The notes: a model not told the origin generated them from the sequence alone. Shown: positions 1 through 8,193, numbered from the stretch's first letter. The stretch is 22,314 nucleotides of DNA from an uncultured delta proteobacterium (GCA_963737905.1 CAVTUQ010000023.1:1-22314), one strand, 5' to 3'. Program-made: numbers and translations.

Positions 1-2
1 CG

Positions 3-1376
3 CTAAGACCTCTGGCTTTGTATGAGGAGCGGTACTAATTTCGCGGCATCATCGAATTGATCGATTCGATCCACCATAGCGATAATTTCCTCTATTCTGT
101 TCTCCGGGAAAACAGCGCCTGCCAGCTTCTTGAATTTCTTCCGCAGCTCATCGCGGCTGACCGGATTCAGCGGGCTGCCAGGGGGATACTGCTGAAAGGC
201 CTCGACCTTGCGCCCGTCAATCAGTTTGATTTCCATCGTCGTGTTATAGTTTTGGTCGCCTTTGGCTTTGGGATCCGCGTAGCTTTTTACCTTTCTCGCC
301 AAAGCGAGGACCTCGGGGTCCGTCCAGAGTCTGGAATCCATGTACAAACTGAGATCGTTATCGTTTTTCAGTAGACGCAGGGCCAGCGAAAAAGGCAAGC
401 TAAATTGCGCGCTGGCCACGTCGTGGGGCTCATAGATCGCGCCGCCGTGAGATAGGGATGTCTCCGAGATGCCAACTTTGATCTCTTCGACGTCGCTGGC
501 GCGAATTTTGTGTTTCTCGATGAGGCCTGCCAAGGTGTCAATGACGCCTTGAACCGTAGCCACGCAAGGATACATCTTGAACCATATTCGCATGATCTTG
601 AAATCGGTGCCCAGGTCTCGCGTGATGACATCCATATCGTATTGATCGGCGAACACCCGGCAAAAACCGCGCTTTCCTTCAATGATGGTGGGCGGGCCGG
701 TAAGTCCCAGCCGCGCCAGCATCGCTGACTGAATTCCGCCCCGAGCCGCGATCCCCGCATGCACCCGTTTGATCTCGCCTCCCGTCTGATCGTATTCCAT
801 GGTCCCGGCGGAATGACTTCCCGCGATGCCGAAAGCATAAAGCATCTGTTCCCGGTTCAAACGAAGCAAACGGGCGGCAACGACCATCGCCCCAAAAGGA
901 CCGCCGATACCGTGGCTATGAAATCCCCGTTTCCCCGAGGATGGCCGCACCGCCAGTAAGAGTCGATACATAACGTCACAACCGGCGACGACGGCCGAAA
1001 GCAGTTCCTTGCCGCTGACCCGTTCTTTTTCGGAGAGCGCTAAGGCGACTGGGACGGTGGCCGCGCTCAGATGGCCACCGGCGCCGAAACCCACGTCATC
1101 GAGCTCGCACCCTTGACCGAAGGTTGCGTTAACGAACGCAACATCCAGAGCCGGCGCTTTGGTTCCGTAGTTGACGATCGTGCTCTCCGCTCTTCCGGCC
1201 ATCTCGACCACATATCGATAGGCGATTTTGTTCCAGTCCAACGTGGAGCCGATGAGCTCGACGCCGATCTGATCCAGCAAACAGTCCTTGGCCTTCGTAA
1301 TCACTTCCTGAGGCATGTCCTCGTAGCTCACCTTAGAGGCGTGCGCGGCAAGCTTTTCGGTGATACCCACTTCCAT
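3..1376 (-). CDS. MmgE/PrpD family protein (paralogue 1), 457 aa
   Basis: Family motifs AFVNATFGQGCELDD...GGH, RGFH, EYDQTGGEIKRVHAG, IIEGKRGF, FKMYPC, AQFSLP and PGSPLNP. Start moved to ATG 1376 (MEVGITEK), which follows GAGGAGGAGG at 1381-1390. TAG stop at 3-5. Confidence 0.9.
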   Translation of the reverse strand: MEVGITEKLAAHASKVSYEDMPQEVITKAKDCLLDQIGVELIGSTLDWNKIAYRYVVEMAGRAESTIVNYGTKAPALDVAFVNATFGQGCELDDVGFGAGGHLSAATVPVALALSEKERVSGKELLSAVVAGCDVMYRLLLAVRPSSGKRGFHSHGIGGPFGAMVVAARLLRLNREQMLYAFGIAGSHSAGTMEYDQTGGEIKRVHAGIAARGGIQSAMLARLGLTGPPTIIEGKRGFCRVFADQYDMDVITRDLGTDFKIMRIWFKMYPCVATVQGVIDTLAGLIEKHKIRASDVEEIKVGISETSLSHGGAIYEPHDVASAQFSLPFSLALRLLKNDNDLSLYMDSRLWTDPEVLALARKVKSYADPKAKGDQNYNTTMEIKLIDGRKVEAFQQYPPGSPLNPVSRDELRKKFKKLAGAVFPENRIEEIIAMVDRIDQFDDAAKLVPLLIQSQRS

Positions 1377-1576
1377 CAACCCTCCTCCTCTCGGACACGG
1401 GGCTACGCCCCAACTTCTCACTTAGAGCGGCAAGCGCCGCTTATTTCAAGGCGAAGATCTCTCTGAATTCCTTATCGTAACGCGCATAAGCCTTGGCCAA
1501 ACTAATATCGCTCATTAGACCAAGAAATCGCCATCGATTCCTCCTCGTTCTTTATCGTGCTTTTCTTGAACCGCCG

Positions 1577-3052
1577 TCATCGAGCCGCCTTGGCCATCGC
1601 CGCCGCGGTGGTGCCCGCGAGCCGGCCAAACACCGCGCCTTTCATGAGCCCCGATCCACCCGGGTAGTTATGGTAAAAAGAGCCTCCGGTGATTTCGCCT
1701 GCCGCAAATAGCCGATGGATCACATTGCCGCTGGTGTCCAAGACCTCGGCCTTGTCGGTAATACCGATGCCACCGAAGGTAAACGTAATTCCACAGGTCA
1801 CCGGGAAAGCATAATAGGGCGGCGTATCCAGCCGCTGCGCCCAGTTGGATTTCGTCGGGCTTATTCCTTTAGTGCATTTTCCGTCTCGTTTTGCCGGATC
1901 GAAGAGAGCATCGTTGACGGCACTATTGAAGTCATTGACTGTCTTAACCACATTTTCCCAATCCAGCCCCGGCAATTTTTTCGCCAATGCTTCGATGGAG
2001 TCGGCGGAAACGTGGGAGCCGCGATTGTATTCCGAGCGCAAGAGCGGGCGAGTCTTACTATCAAAGATCTGATACGCGGTTCGCCACGGTAGCCGGAGAA
2101 CTTCTCTCCCGCATTTGGCGTAGGTATAACTGAAAAAATCTTCGCCTTCATCGACAAACCGCCTGCCATTGATGTCGACCATGATACCGTAGGGGTAGGA
2201 ATAACGATGTTCATAGGCAGCCTCCACTTCGGGCGCCTCACTATCCACCAAGACGGCGTGACAGCCGCTCCAGTGACCGGTGGGTTGAGCGCCAAACGCG
2301 AGAGTGAGGTTCAGCGCTTCGCCGGAGTTATAGCGGGAGCCTCTCACCTTCACCAAATCCCAACCGCTGCCAAGATATCTGGCGCGCATCTCAGGATTGG
2401 CTTCAAAACCTCCGGCTGCCATCACCACCGTGCGACTACTGATATCCCGCACACCCTCCGGGGTTTGTATTCTTACTCCAGCGACCGTACCCTTTTGATC
2501 GGTCAAGAATCCCGTGGCCTTGGCTTCATACGTGATGTCGATGCCTTTTTTCTCCGCAGTCGCAAAGAGCATTTCGACGAGCCCCAATCCACCGTCGTTA
2601 ATTGATATGACGCGGCCAGAGGGGAAGCGGATCTTGCCGCCGACTTTGATAGCGTGGGTGCTCGTGGACAGAATCCATTTCACGTGCATGTCCGTGAGCC
2701 AACGCGCCGTGGCGTAGGACTGGTCCACTAGAAGATTCGTGAGTTTTTTGTCCGCGGCATATTCGGTCACCTGCATCACATCTTCGAAAAAATCCGACGC
2801 GCTATAGCTTCCGACCTCCAACCTCGAGGCCTCTTCGTCGGAAAGGTCCGGCAGCATGGGCCTCATATCGTCGATGCCGGCGTAGGTGAATCGAAATCCT
2901 CCGCCGGAAAACCGAGTATTTCCTCCGCGGCTCGCCTTGGGACATTTGTCCAAAAGCAAAACCTTGGTTCCCATTTGCTCTGCTGCGAGGGCAGCCGACA
3001 ACCCGGCGTTTCCCGCTCCGACAACAATCACGTCATAAACTGGTCCAGCCAT
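1577..3052 (-). CDS. tcuA: FAD-dependent tricarballylate dehydrogenase TcuA-like flavoprotein (SdhA/FrdA superfamily), 491 aa
   Basis: N-terminal DVIVVGAGNAGLSAA dinucleotide-binding motif, RGGNTRFSGG, AAGGFEANPEMRARYLG, GITFTFGG, and C-terminal AGEITGG...NYPGGSGLMKGAVFGRLAG typical of TcuA. ATG 3052 preceded by AGGAGG (3060-3065). The real substrate is not established. Confidence 0.8.
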   Translation of the reverse strand: MAGPVYDVIVVGAGNAGLSAALAAEQMGTKVLLLDKCPKASRGGNTRFSGGGFRFTYAGIDDMRPMLPDLSDEEASRLEVGSYSASDFFEDVMQVTEYAADKKLTNLLVDQSYATARWLTDMHVKWILSTSTHAIKVGGKIRFPSGRVISINDGGLGLVEMLFATAEKKGIDITYEAKATGFLTDQKGTVAGVRIQTPEGVRDISSRTVVMAAGGFEANPEMRARYLGSGWDLVKVRGSRYNSGEALNLTLAFGAQPTGHWSGCHAVLVDSEAPEVEAAYEHRYSYPYGIMVDINGRRFVDEGEDFFSYTYAKCGREVLRLPWRTAYQIFDSKTRPLLRSEYNRGSHVSADSIEALAKKLPGLDWENVVKTVNDFNSAVNDALFDPAKRDGKCTKGISPTKSNWAQRLDTPPYYAFPVTCGITFTFGGIGITDKAEVLDTSGNVIHRLFAAGEITGGSFYHNYPGGSGLMKGAVFGRLAGTTAAAMAKAAR

Positions 3053-3085
3053 CGGCGAACCTCCTATAAACCAAAGATCGTCAGA

Positions 3086-3158
3086 GTTCCATCCGTTCCA
3101 AGAGCTCCAGCTGCGTTCCAACGTTCTGAACGGCTTGAACATTTTGAACGTTTTGAAC
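3086..3158. repeat. Mirrored ~9-bp-period tandem array (GTTCCA units facing TTGAAC units)
   Basis: GTTCCA/GCTCCA at 3086, 3095, 3104, 3115 and GTTC at 3123; TGAAC at 3127 and TTGAAC at 3135, 3144, 3153; centre CGTTC-T-GAACG. Confidence 0.7.
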
Positions 3159-3195
3159 CAATCTCACCCTACTTCTGACATCGCATGCGACCTTC

Positions 3196-4581
3196 TCAAC
3201 TAGAGGCAGTTAGCTCAGCAAGCTCGTTTAAATCTTTCATCGTTTCGAGGTTTCGAACGGCATGAAGCAGCTCTTTCGCTTGGTCTCTGGAGATCACCAT
3301 GCTTGCCAGACCGAGAAATTTATCCTCGAGCTCCCGCCGCGAAAGTGGATTCTCCGGACTTCCTCGGGGATGAAAAACTTTAGCGGAATATTTTGCTCCG
3401 TCTTTCGTCTCCAAGCTGACTTTGCCCAGTCTCGTCGTCGGATAAATCGCCTCAGATTCTTCATCGTGCACCACGTTGACTTTCTTGGCGACTTCGATGA
3501 CTTCGCGATCACTGAAACCGTTGTTCATGGCATCGAAGTAGCTCCGGAAATCATTGCTGCCCTTTACCATCGTCAACCCCAGGCTGAAATGGCTGCTGAA
3601 TTGGGCGCCCGTGATATCTCTGGGCTCAGGACCCACGGTGCCGACGTGACTCAAGGCGCGGTTTTCGACTCCCACGGTGATTTGCTTGACGTCCGCCGGC
3701 TTCACCGGATGTTCTTCCAAAATCTGCCTTACGGCATCGATCTCGGGAATGATGGCGCCGCAGCAGGCATACGGCTTGATCCGAGTCGCTTGCATATAAA
3801 AATCTGTGCCCAAGGAATCGGTCAGTTTTTCCACCACGGGACTGCTGGAAAATGCCTTGAGGGTTCCGTTCTTGCCCTCGAGAATCGTGGGAGGCGCGGT
3901 GAAGCCCTTCTTAGCCAGATAGGCGGCCCTGATTCCCGCCATGCCTGCGATGCCAGCGTGAAGCCGCTTGATGTCTCCACCCGTCTGATCGTACTCCGTC
4001 GTTCCCGAACAATGGGAACCGGCGATGCCGAAAGCGTAGGTCAAAGATTCTTTATTAAGCCTTAAGAGCTTGCCGGCGGCGACCGCGGCTCCGAACGGAC
4101 CATAGACGCTGGTAGAATGAAATCCCCGGGCAGCGATGCCTCTCACGGTGAAAGCAAAGCCGAGTCTGATAACGGTCTCCGCCCCCAGGGCGAAGGCGGC
4201 CAAAAAATCCGACCCGGTGGCGTGCGCTTTCGCGCCCACCGCGAGCGCAGCGGGAAAAACGACACACCCCACATGGGCGCCGCAAGGCGTGCAATAGTCA
4301 TCCAGCTCAAATCCATGGCCGAACGTTCCGTTTACTAAAGCGGCGTACTCCAGTGAAGTCCGATAAGGCGTTCCCATCACTTGCGACTCGCCGCTGATTC
4401 CCATGTCCTGGACGTACTCGAGGACCTTTCGGTTCCAGGATAACGTCGAGCTGGCCAAGGCCACCCCTAATTGATCGATGATCAGTTCCTTGGCTTTTTC
4501 TATCACCGGACCCGGGAGGTCCTGAAAATTCGTCTTGACAAGAAACTCCGCTAATTGAACCGTCGCGCCGGGTTGTGCCAC
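3196..4581 (-). CDS. MmgE/PrpD family protein (paralogue 2), 461 aa
   Basis: ALVNGTFGHGFELDD...AH, RGFH, EYDQTGGDIKRLHAG, ILEGKNG, IKPYACC, AQFS, PRGSPENP. GTG start with purine-rich GAGAGAG upstream. Confidence 0.9.
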   Translation of the reverse strand: MAQPGATVQLAEFLVKTNFQDLPGPVIEKAKELIIDQLGVALASSTLSWNRKVLEYVQDMGISGESQVMGTPYRTSLEYAALVNGTFGHGFELDDYCTPCGAHVGCVVFPAALAVGAKAHATGSDFLAAFALGAETVIRLGFAFTVRGIAARGFHSTSVYGPFGAAVAAGKLLRLNKESLTYAFGIAGSHCSGTTEYDQTGGDIKRLHAGIAGMAGIRAAYLAKKGFTAPPTILEGKNGTLKAFSSSPVVEKLTDSLGTDFYMQATRIKPYACCGAIIPEIDAVRQILEEHPVKPADVKQITVGVENRALSHVGTVGPEPRDITGAQFSSHFSLGLTMVKGSNDFRSYFDAMNNGFSDREVIEVAKKVNVVHDEESEAIYPTTRLGKVSLETKDGAKYSAKVFHPRGSPENPLSRRELEDKFLGLASMVISRDQAKELLHAVRNLETMKDLNELAELTASS

Positions 4582-4615
4582 TTAGTTCTCCTCTCATTCT
4601 ATTGAATAGCCCGTG

Positions 4616-6019
4616 TTAGTGCGTTGGCAATTTCCAACTGGGACTTTTCACTGCGCGCTTAACAGCGTCAGCAAAACTGGACATATCTTCCTCGGTTTCA
4701 ACTCTTGCGACTTTCTCAACAATTCGTTCCAGCTTCTCCTGCGGGAGGACCGAAGATGCGTTGTCGAGGAACTTTTCCGTGATCTCTTGCTTGGAAAGGG
4801 AATTGCTAAAGTTGCCCTTGGGCGACGGCAAAGAACCCTCGATAACGTTCCCGCCCAAAAGAGATATTTTCATCCGGCAAGCGAAGCGTCGCTCTTTGAC
4901 CGCCGTTGGATCCGCAAAAAGCTCGATCTTTCTTCCCATCGCCAAAAGCGCCGGATCGCGCCACACGTTGGAATCCAGATAAAATTTTAGCTCGTTGCTG
5001 CCCCTGAGAAGCCTCAAGGCCAAAGAAAATCGCAAACTGAATTGCGCCTCGATGACTTCTTTGGGCTCATAAATAGTCCCGCTGTGTAAGATCACTCCTT
5101 CGTTCACTCCCGCCTCGATTTTTTTCACGTCTTCGGGCTTAATTCTGTTTTCCTTGACGAGCTTGTCCAGAAGCTCAATCGGTGAGTGTTGGCTCGCATT
5201 GACCGGAAATCGCTTGATCGATGCATGCAGCACGGCATAATCTGTCCACATGGCCCGGGTGATCACTCCGGTTCTGGACTCGCCGCTGAATACTCTTAGG
5301 ATACCGCGCTCCCCTTCAAAGATGGTTGGCGGGCCAGTCAGCCCCTTCTCCGCGGTCATCGCAGAACGCAAGCCGCCGGAGCAGGCAATCCCGTTGTGCA
5401 TCCGTTTGACTTCGCCGCCGCTCTGATCGAATTCCATGGTCCCGCTCGCATGGCTGCCGGCAATTGCCAAACAATGAGTCAACTTATCCGGATCGAGACC
5501 GAGCAGCTTGCCGGCGCTGGCGGCCGCTATAAAGACACCGACAACTCCCTGCGCGTGGTATCCCCGGCGCATCATTTCCGGGAGCAGACCTCTTCCTAGC
5601 CTCCAGCCAATCTCGTAGCCGGCCGCCATCGCGGTCAGGAAGTTGCGGCCGCTGACACGGGTTTTTTCTGCCAGCGCCATGGCCACTGGGACAGTTGCCG
5701 CGCCTGGGTGTCCTCCGCCTTGATCATAGTAATCATCCAGCTCGCAACCCTGGCCGAAGGTCCCGTTCACAAGGGCGGCATCATCCACCGGAACTTTATC
5801 GCCATGGTTAACGATGGTCGCTGGACCTCCGTGTTTGTTTTCTCTTACGAACTGATAGACCGATTGATTCCACGCAACGGTTGAACCGATCAATTGACAC
5901 CCCAATTGATCCAGCAATAGATCTTTGAGTCTATCGATCACCTCCGGCGGCAGGCGTCGGTAATCCATGCCGCACACAAACAGGCTGAGCCTCTGAGCGA
6001 CAGTTTCCTTTGAACTCAT
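4616..6019 (-). CDS. MmgE/PrpD family protein (paralogue 3), 467 aa
   Basis: ALVNGTFGQGCELDD...GGHPG, RGYH, EFDQSGGEVKRMHNG, IFEGERG, IKRFP, AQFSLRF, PKG. Starts 12 nt after the IclR stop. Confidence 0.9.
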   Translation of the reverse strand: MSSKETVAQRLSLFVCGMDYRRLPPEVIDRLKDLLLDQLGCQLIGSTVAWNQSVYQFVRENKHGGPATIVNHGDKVPVDDAALVNGTFGQGCELDDYYDQGGGHPGAATVPVAMALAEKTRVSGRNFLTAMAAGYEIGWRLGRGLLPEMMRRGYHAQGVVGVFIAAASAGKLLGLDPDKLTHCLAIAGSHASGTMEFDQSGGEVKRMHNGIACSGGLRSAMTAEKGLTGPPTIFEGERGILRVFSGESRTGVITRAMWTDYAVLHASIKRFPVNASQHSPIELLDKLVKENRIKPEDVKKIEAGVNEGVILHSGTIYEPKEVIEAQFSLRFSLALRLLRGSNELKFYLDSNVWRDPALLAMGRKIELFADPTAVKERRFACRMKISLLGGNVIEGSLPSPKGNFSNSLSKQEITEKFLDNASSVLPQEKLERIVEKVARVETEEDMSSFADAVKRAVKSPSWKLPTH

Positions 6020-6031
6020 AGAAGTGACTGC

Positions 6032-6868
6032 CTATCTTCGATGGCCGCTGCTCAAGACCTTGAGCTCGTTTGCCTTCCCCTCGGCCGTCAAATGCTTGCC
6101 GAACTTGAGAGAGATTTCTTCAGCTGCTTTTCCGACCCTATGAGCGAGTTTGTCCCGGCCCTTAGCCCGAAGCCTAAAGGGGGTTAGCGTTATCGTCAGA
6201 CTATGGCGAACTTTGCCATCGTAGTCGAAAATCGGAGCGCTGATGGCACAAAGACCATCCATAACCCTCTCACCGCAGCTGAACGCAAAGCCTCTTCTCT
6301 TGATTCGGCCAAGCTCCGCCGATAGTTTCTGCGGATCGGTAATGGTGCGAGCGGTCAGAGCCGTTAGAGGTTTGGCCGAATCAAAATAAGCCTTCAGCTC
6401 CTCCGGCGAGAGATGAGCGAGCAATACTTTTCCCGAGGCGCCACAATGTGCCGGAAATTGATCTCCGATAAGAATCGTATCGCGCAGCACTTGTTTACTC
6501 TCCACCTTCTCAACGCACACGCGGTTGCCATCCCTTAGCTCGTGCAAGGTCGTATTCTCGCCGGTGACATCTCTCAGCCGTTCCATGACGGGAACGGCGA
6601 TTCTCCTCACGTCCAGGCCTTCTTTGGCCACGGATGCAAGATAAAAAACCCCCGGCCCGAGCCGGTAAAGCTTCGTGATCGGATCCTGCTGCACCAGCCG
6701 GCGCGACATCATCGCCTTCAAGAGACGCCGCGTGGTACTTGGTGGAAACCGCAAACGACGGCTGATTTGAAAAAGCGACTGTTCGGGAGCATCCGGCTGA
6801 AAGGAGAACAGCAAATCCAACGCTTTCTCCAACGCGCGCGCCCCTAACGCCTTTTCATGGTATTCCAT
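6032..6868 (-). CDS. IclR family transcriptional regulator, 278 aa
   Basis: N-terminal wHTH (ALEKALDLL...PPSTTRRLLKAM...YRLG) and C-terminal effector domain signature (HCGASGKVLLA, TARTITD, ISAPIFD). Confidence 0.92.
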   Translation of the reverse strand: MEYHEKALGARALEKALDLLFSFQPDAPEQSLFQISRRLRFPPSTTRRLLKAMMSRRLVQQDPITKLYRLGPGVFYLASVAKEGLDVRRIAVPVMERLRDVTGENTTLHELRDGNRVCVEKVESKQVLRDTILIGDQFPAHCGASGKVLLAHLSPEELKAYFDSAKPLTALTARTITDPQKLSAELGRIKRRGFAFSCGERVMDGLCAISAPIFDYDGKVRHSLTITLTPFRLRAKGRDKLAHRVGKAAEEISLKFGKHLTAEGKANELKVLSSGHRR

Positions 6869-6877
6869 AATATGGAA
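6863..6877. promoter_or_regulatory. Probable IclR operator, perfect palindrome TTCCATA-A-TATGGAA over the regulator start codon
   Basis: Perfect 7-1-7 inverted repeat; fits the TYCRY-W3-RYGRA core recalled for many IclR-family sites; position suits autorepression. Confidence 0.6.
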
Positions 6878-7004
6878 GCACCTGCTATATCGATCTCCCT
6901 TCGATTAATATATCCGCTCCGATCAAGTCAAGAGCCTGTGCATGCGCATTGACAGCGCAAAGCGACAAATGATACGGAGCAACCCAATGATTTGGGGCCG
7001 GGCG

Positions 7005-7020
7005 GTTGAATTTTTTCAAC
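7005..7020. promoter_or_regulatory. Palindrome GTTGAA-TTTT-TTCAAC, possible transcription factor site (FNR/CRP-like spacing)
   Basis: Perfect 6-4-6 inverted repeat in the AT-rich divergent intergenic region. Confidence 0.3.
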
Positions 7021-7107
7021 AACAATTCGTTGACAGAACAAAAAATAAGAGAACCCGATGCGCATCGCACCCGACCTCTCAATTCGATAATTATTGAGGA
7101 GGCATCC

Positions 7108-8076
7108 GTGAAAGAATCTACAAAACACCGCACGATCGGGAGAGACACCATACGGTCCCATCTGGTCCTGGAGGTAGCTTCAGAGCTCGTCGACCGAGTA
7201 GAGTGGCCGTACCGTCAAGCCCGAATCACACTAAGAGAACAGGGCGGGCGGGACTGGCCAGTCTCTATGTTCGGCAGCGACGCGCCCGCCGCCATTGACC
7301 AGGTGGCTCGGGGCGAGGTTCAGGTGGCGATCATCAATCCGGCCGGACCTTTGGCTCTAGCGTTGCGAGGGAAAGGACCTTTCAAGAGTCCCATTCCTCT
7401 GCGCGCGATAACGGTAATTCCATCGCCGGATCAGCTTGCCTTTGCGGTGACCGAATCCACCGGTTTGAAATCCTTACACGACATTCGTGAGCGGCATTTT
7501 CCCCTACGGATTTCCATCCGCGGCCAGATGGATCACTCGCTTCATCTGGTCGTAAAAGAGGTTCTCTCGGCGGCGGGTTTTTCGTTGGACGATGTGATTT
7601 CTTGGGGTGGGCAAGTGCGCTACGACCCGGGCCTCCCTAACAGTCCAACGCGGCTTGGTGCCGTGCAACGGGGCGAGGTGGATATACTGATTGATGAAGC
7701 GGTGCGCTCGTGGTTGGACCCCGCGCTCGAATCGGACATGCGGATCTTGCCGTTTGATGAGCCGCTATTGGAACAACTTGAAGGACTCGGGTTTCGCCGG
7801 GCGGTAATTTCGAAGGCGCGTTACACCAAATTGAAAGAAGATGTGCCCACTCTCGATTTCAGCGGCTTTCCTGTGTACACGCAGGTAAACGTGGCGGATA
7901 GCACCGTTACTTCGATTTGTTCCGCCCTTGAAGCAAGGAAGGACAAAATCCCATGGCAAGAAGAAGGTCCCCTACCCTTGGACCGCATGTGTCGTGATAC
8001 ACCGGAAGGTCCGCTCGATATTCCCTTACATCCCGCCGCGGAGCACTTCTGGCGCCAACGCGGCTATCTGCCCTAG
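7108..8076 (+). CDS. TAXI-family (type II periplasmic-binding-protein fold) protein without a signal peptide, 322 aa
   Basis: AIDQVARGEVQVAIINP, LRAITVIPSPDQLAFAVTESTGLKSLHDI and the TAXI-type C-terminus IPLHPAAEHFWRQRGYL. GTG 7108 preceded by GAGGAGG; the track's longer start at 7006 has no such support. Confidence 0.7.
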   Translation: MKESTKHRTIGRDTIRSHLVLEVASELVDRVEWPYRQARITLREQGGRDWPVSMFGSDAPAAIDQVARGEVQVAIINPAGPLALALRGKGPFKSPIPLRAITVIPSPDQLAFAVTESTGLKSLHDIRERHFPLRISIRGQMDHSLHLVVKEVLSAAGFSLDDVISWGGQVRYDPGLPNSPTRLGAVQRGEVDILIDEAVRSWLDPALESDMRILPFDEPLLEQLEGLGFRRAVISKARYTKLKEDVPTLDFSGFPVYTQVNVADSTVTSICSALEARKDKIPWQEEGPLPLDRMCRDTPEGPLDIPLHPAAEHFWRQRGYLP

Positions 8077-8156
8077 ATGCTTCCGCTGGCCCGGGATAGA
8101 TCGGGCGCGATGTAGCTAAGTCTTCAAAGTCAGCCGCACCATCACAGAAATTATTC

Positions 8157-8185
8157 TTGTCCGCTCATCTTTGTCGTGCTACACT
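8157..8185 (+). promoter_or_regulatory. Sigma70-type promoter of the arginine decarboxylase gene
   Basis: TTGTCC (8157-8162), 17-bp spacer, TG-C-TACACT extended -10 (8177-8185); ATG follows 8 nt later. Confidence 0.55.
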
Positions 8186-8193
8186 CCGGCAAA

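Noticed and set aside
3053-3142. 30-aa N-terminal extension of TcuA read through the 9-mer array
   Set aside because: A strong AGGAGG precedes ATG 3052 and the FAD-binding motif starts right after it.
3086-3158. CRISPR array or LexA boxes
   Set aside because: Units are about 9 bp with no unique spacers and no cas genes; the spacing matches neither GAAC-N4-GTTC nor, consistently, GTTC-N7-GTTC.
3-6019. Methylcitrate cycle (prpD) annotation
   Set aside because: No prpB, prpC or acnD nearby, and the canonical PrpD active-site signature (roughly DFNDTWLAAEWGHPSD) is absent; only the family-level call is supported.
8077-8120. Possible terminator after the TAXI-like gene (GCCCG...CGGGC)
   Set aside because: Short stem and no U-tract; not supportable as an intrinsic terminator.
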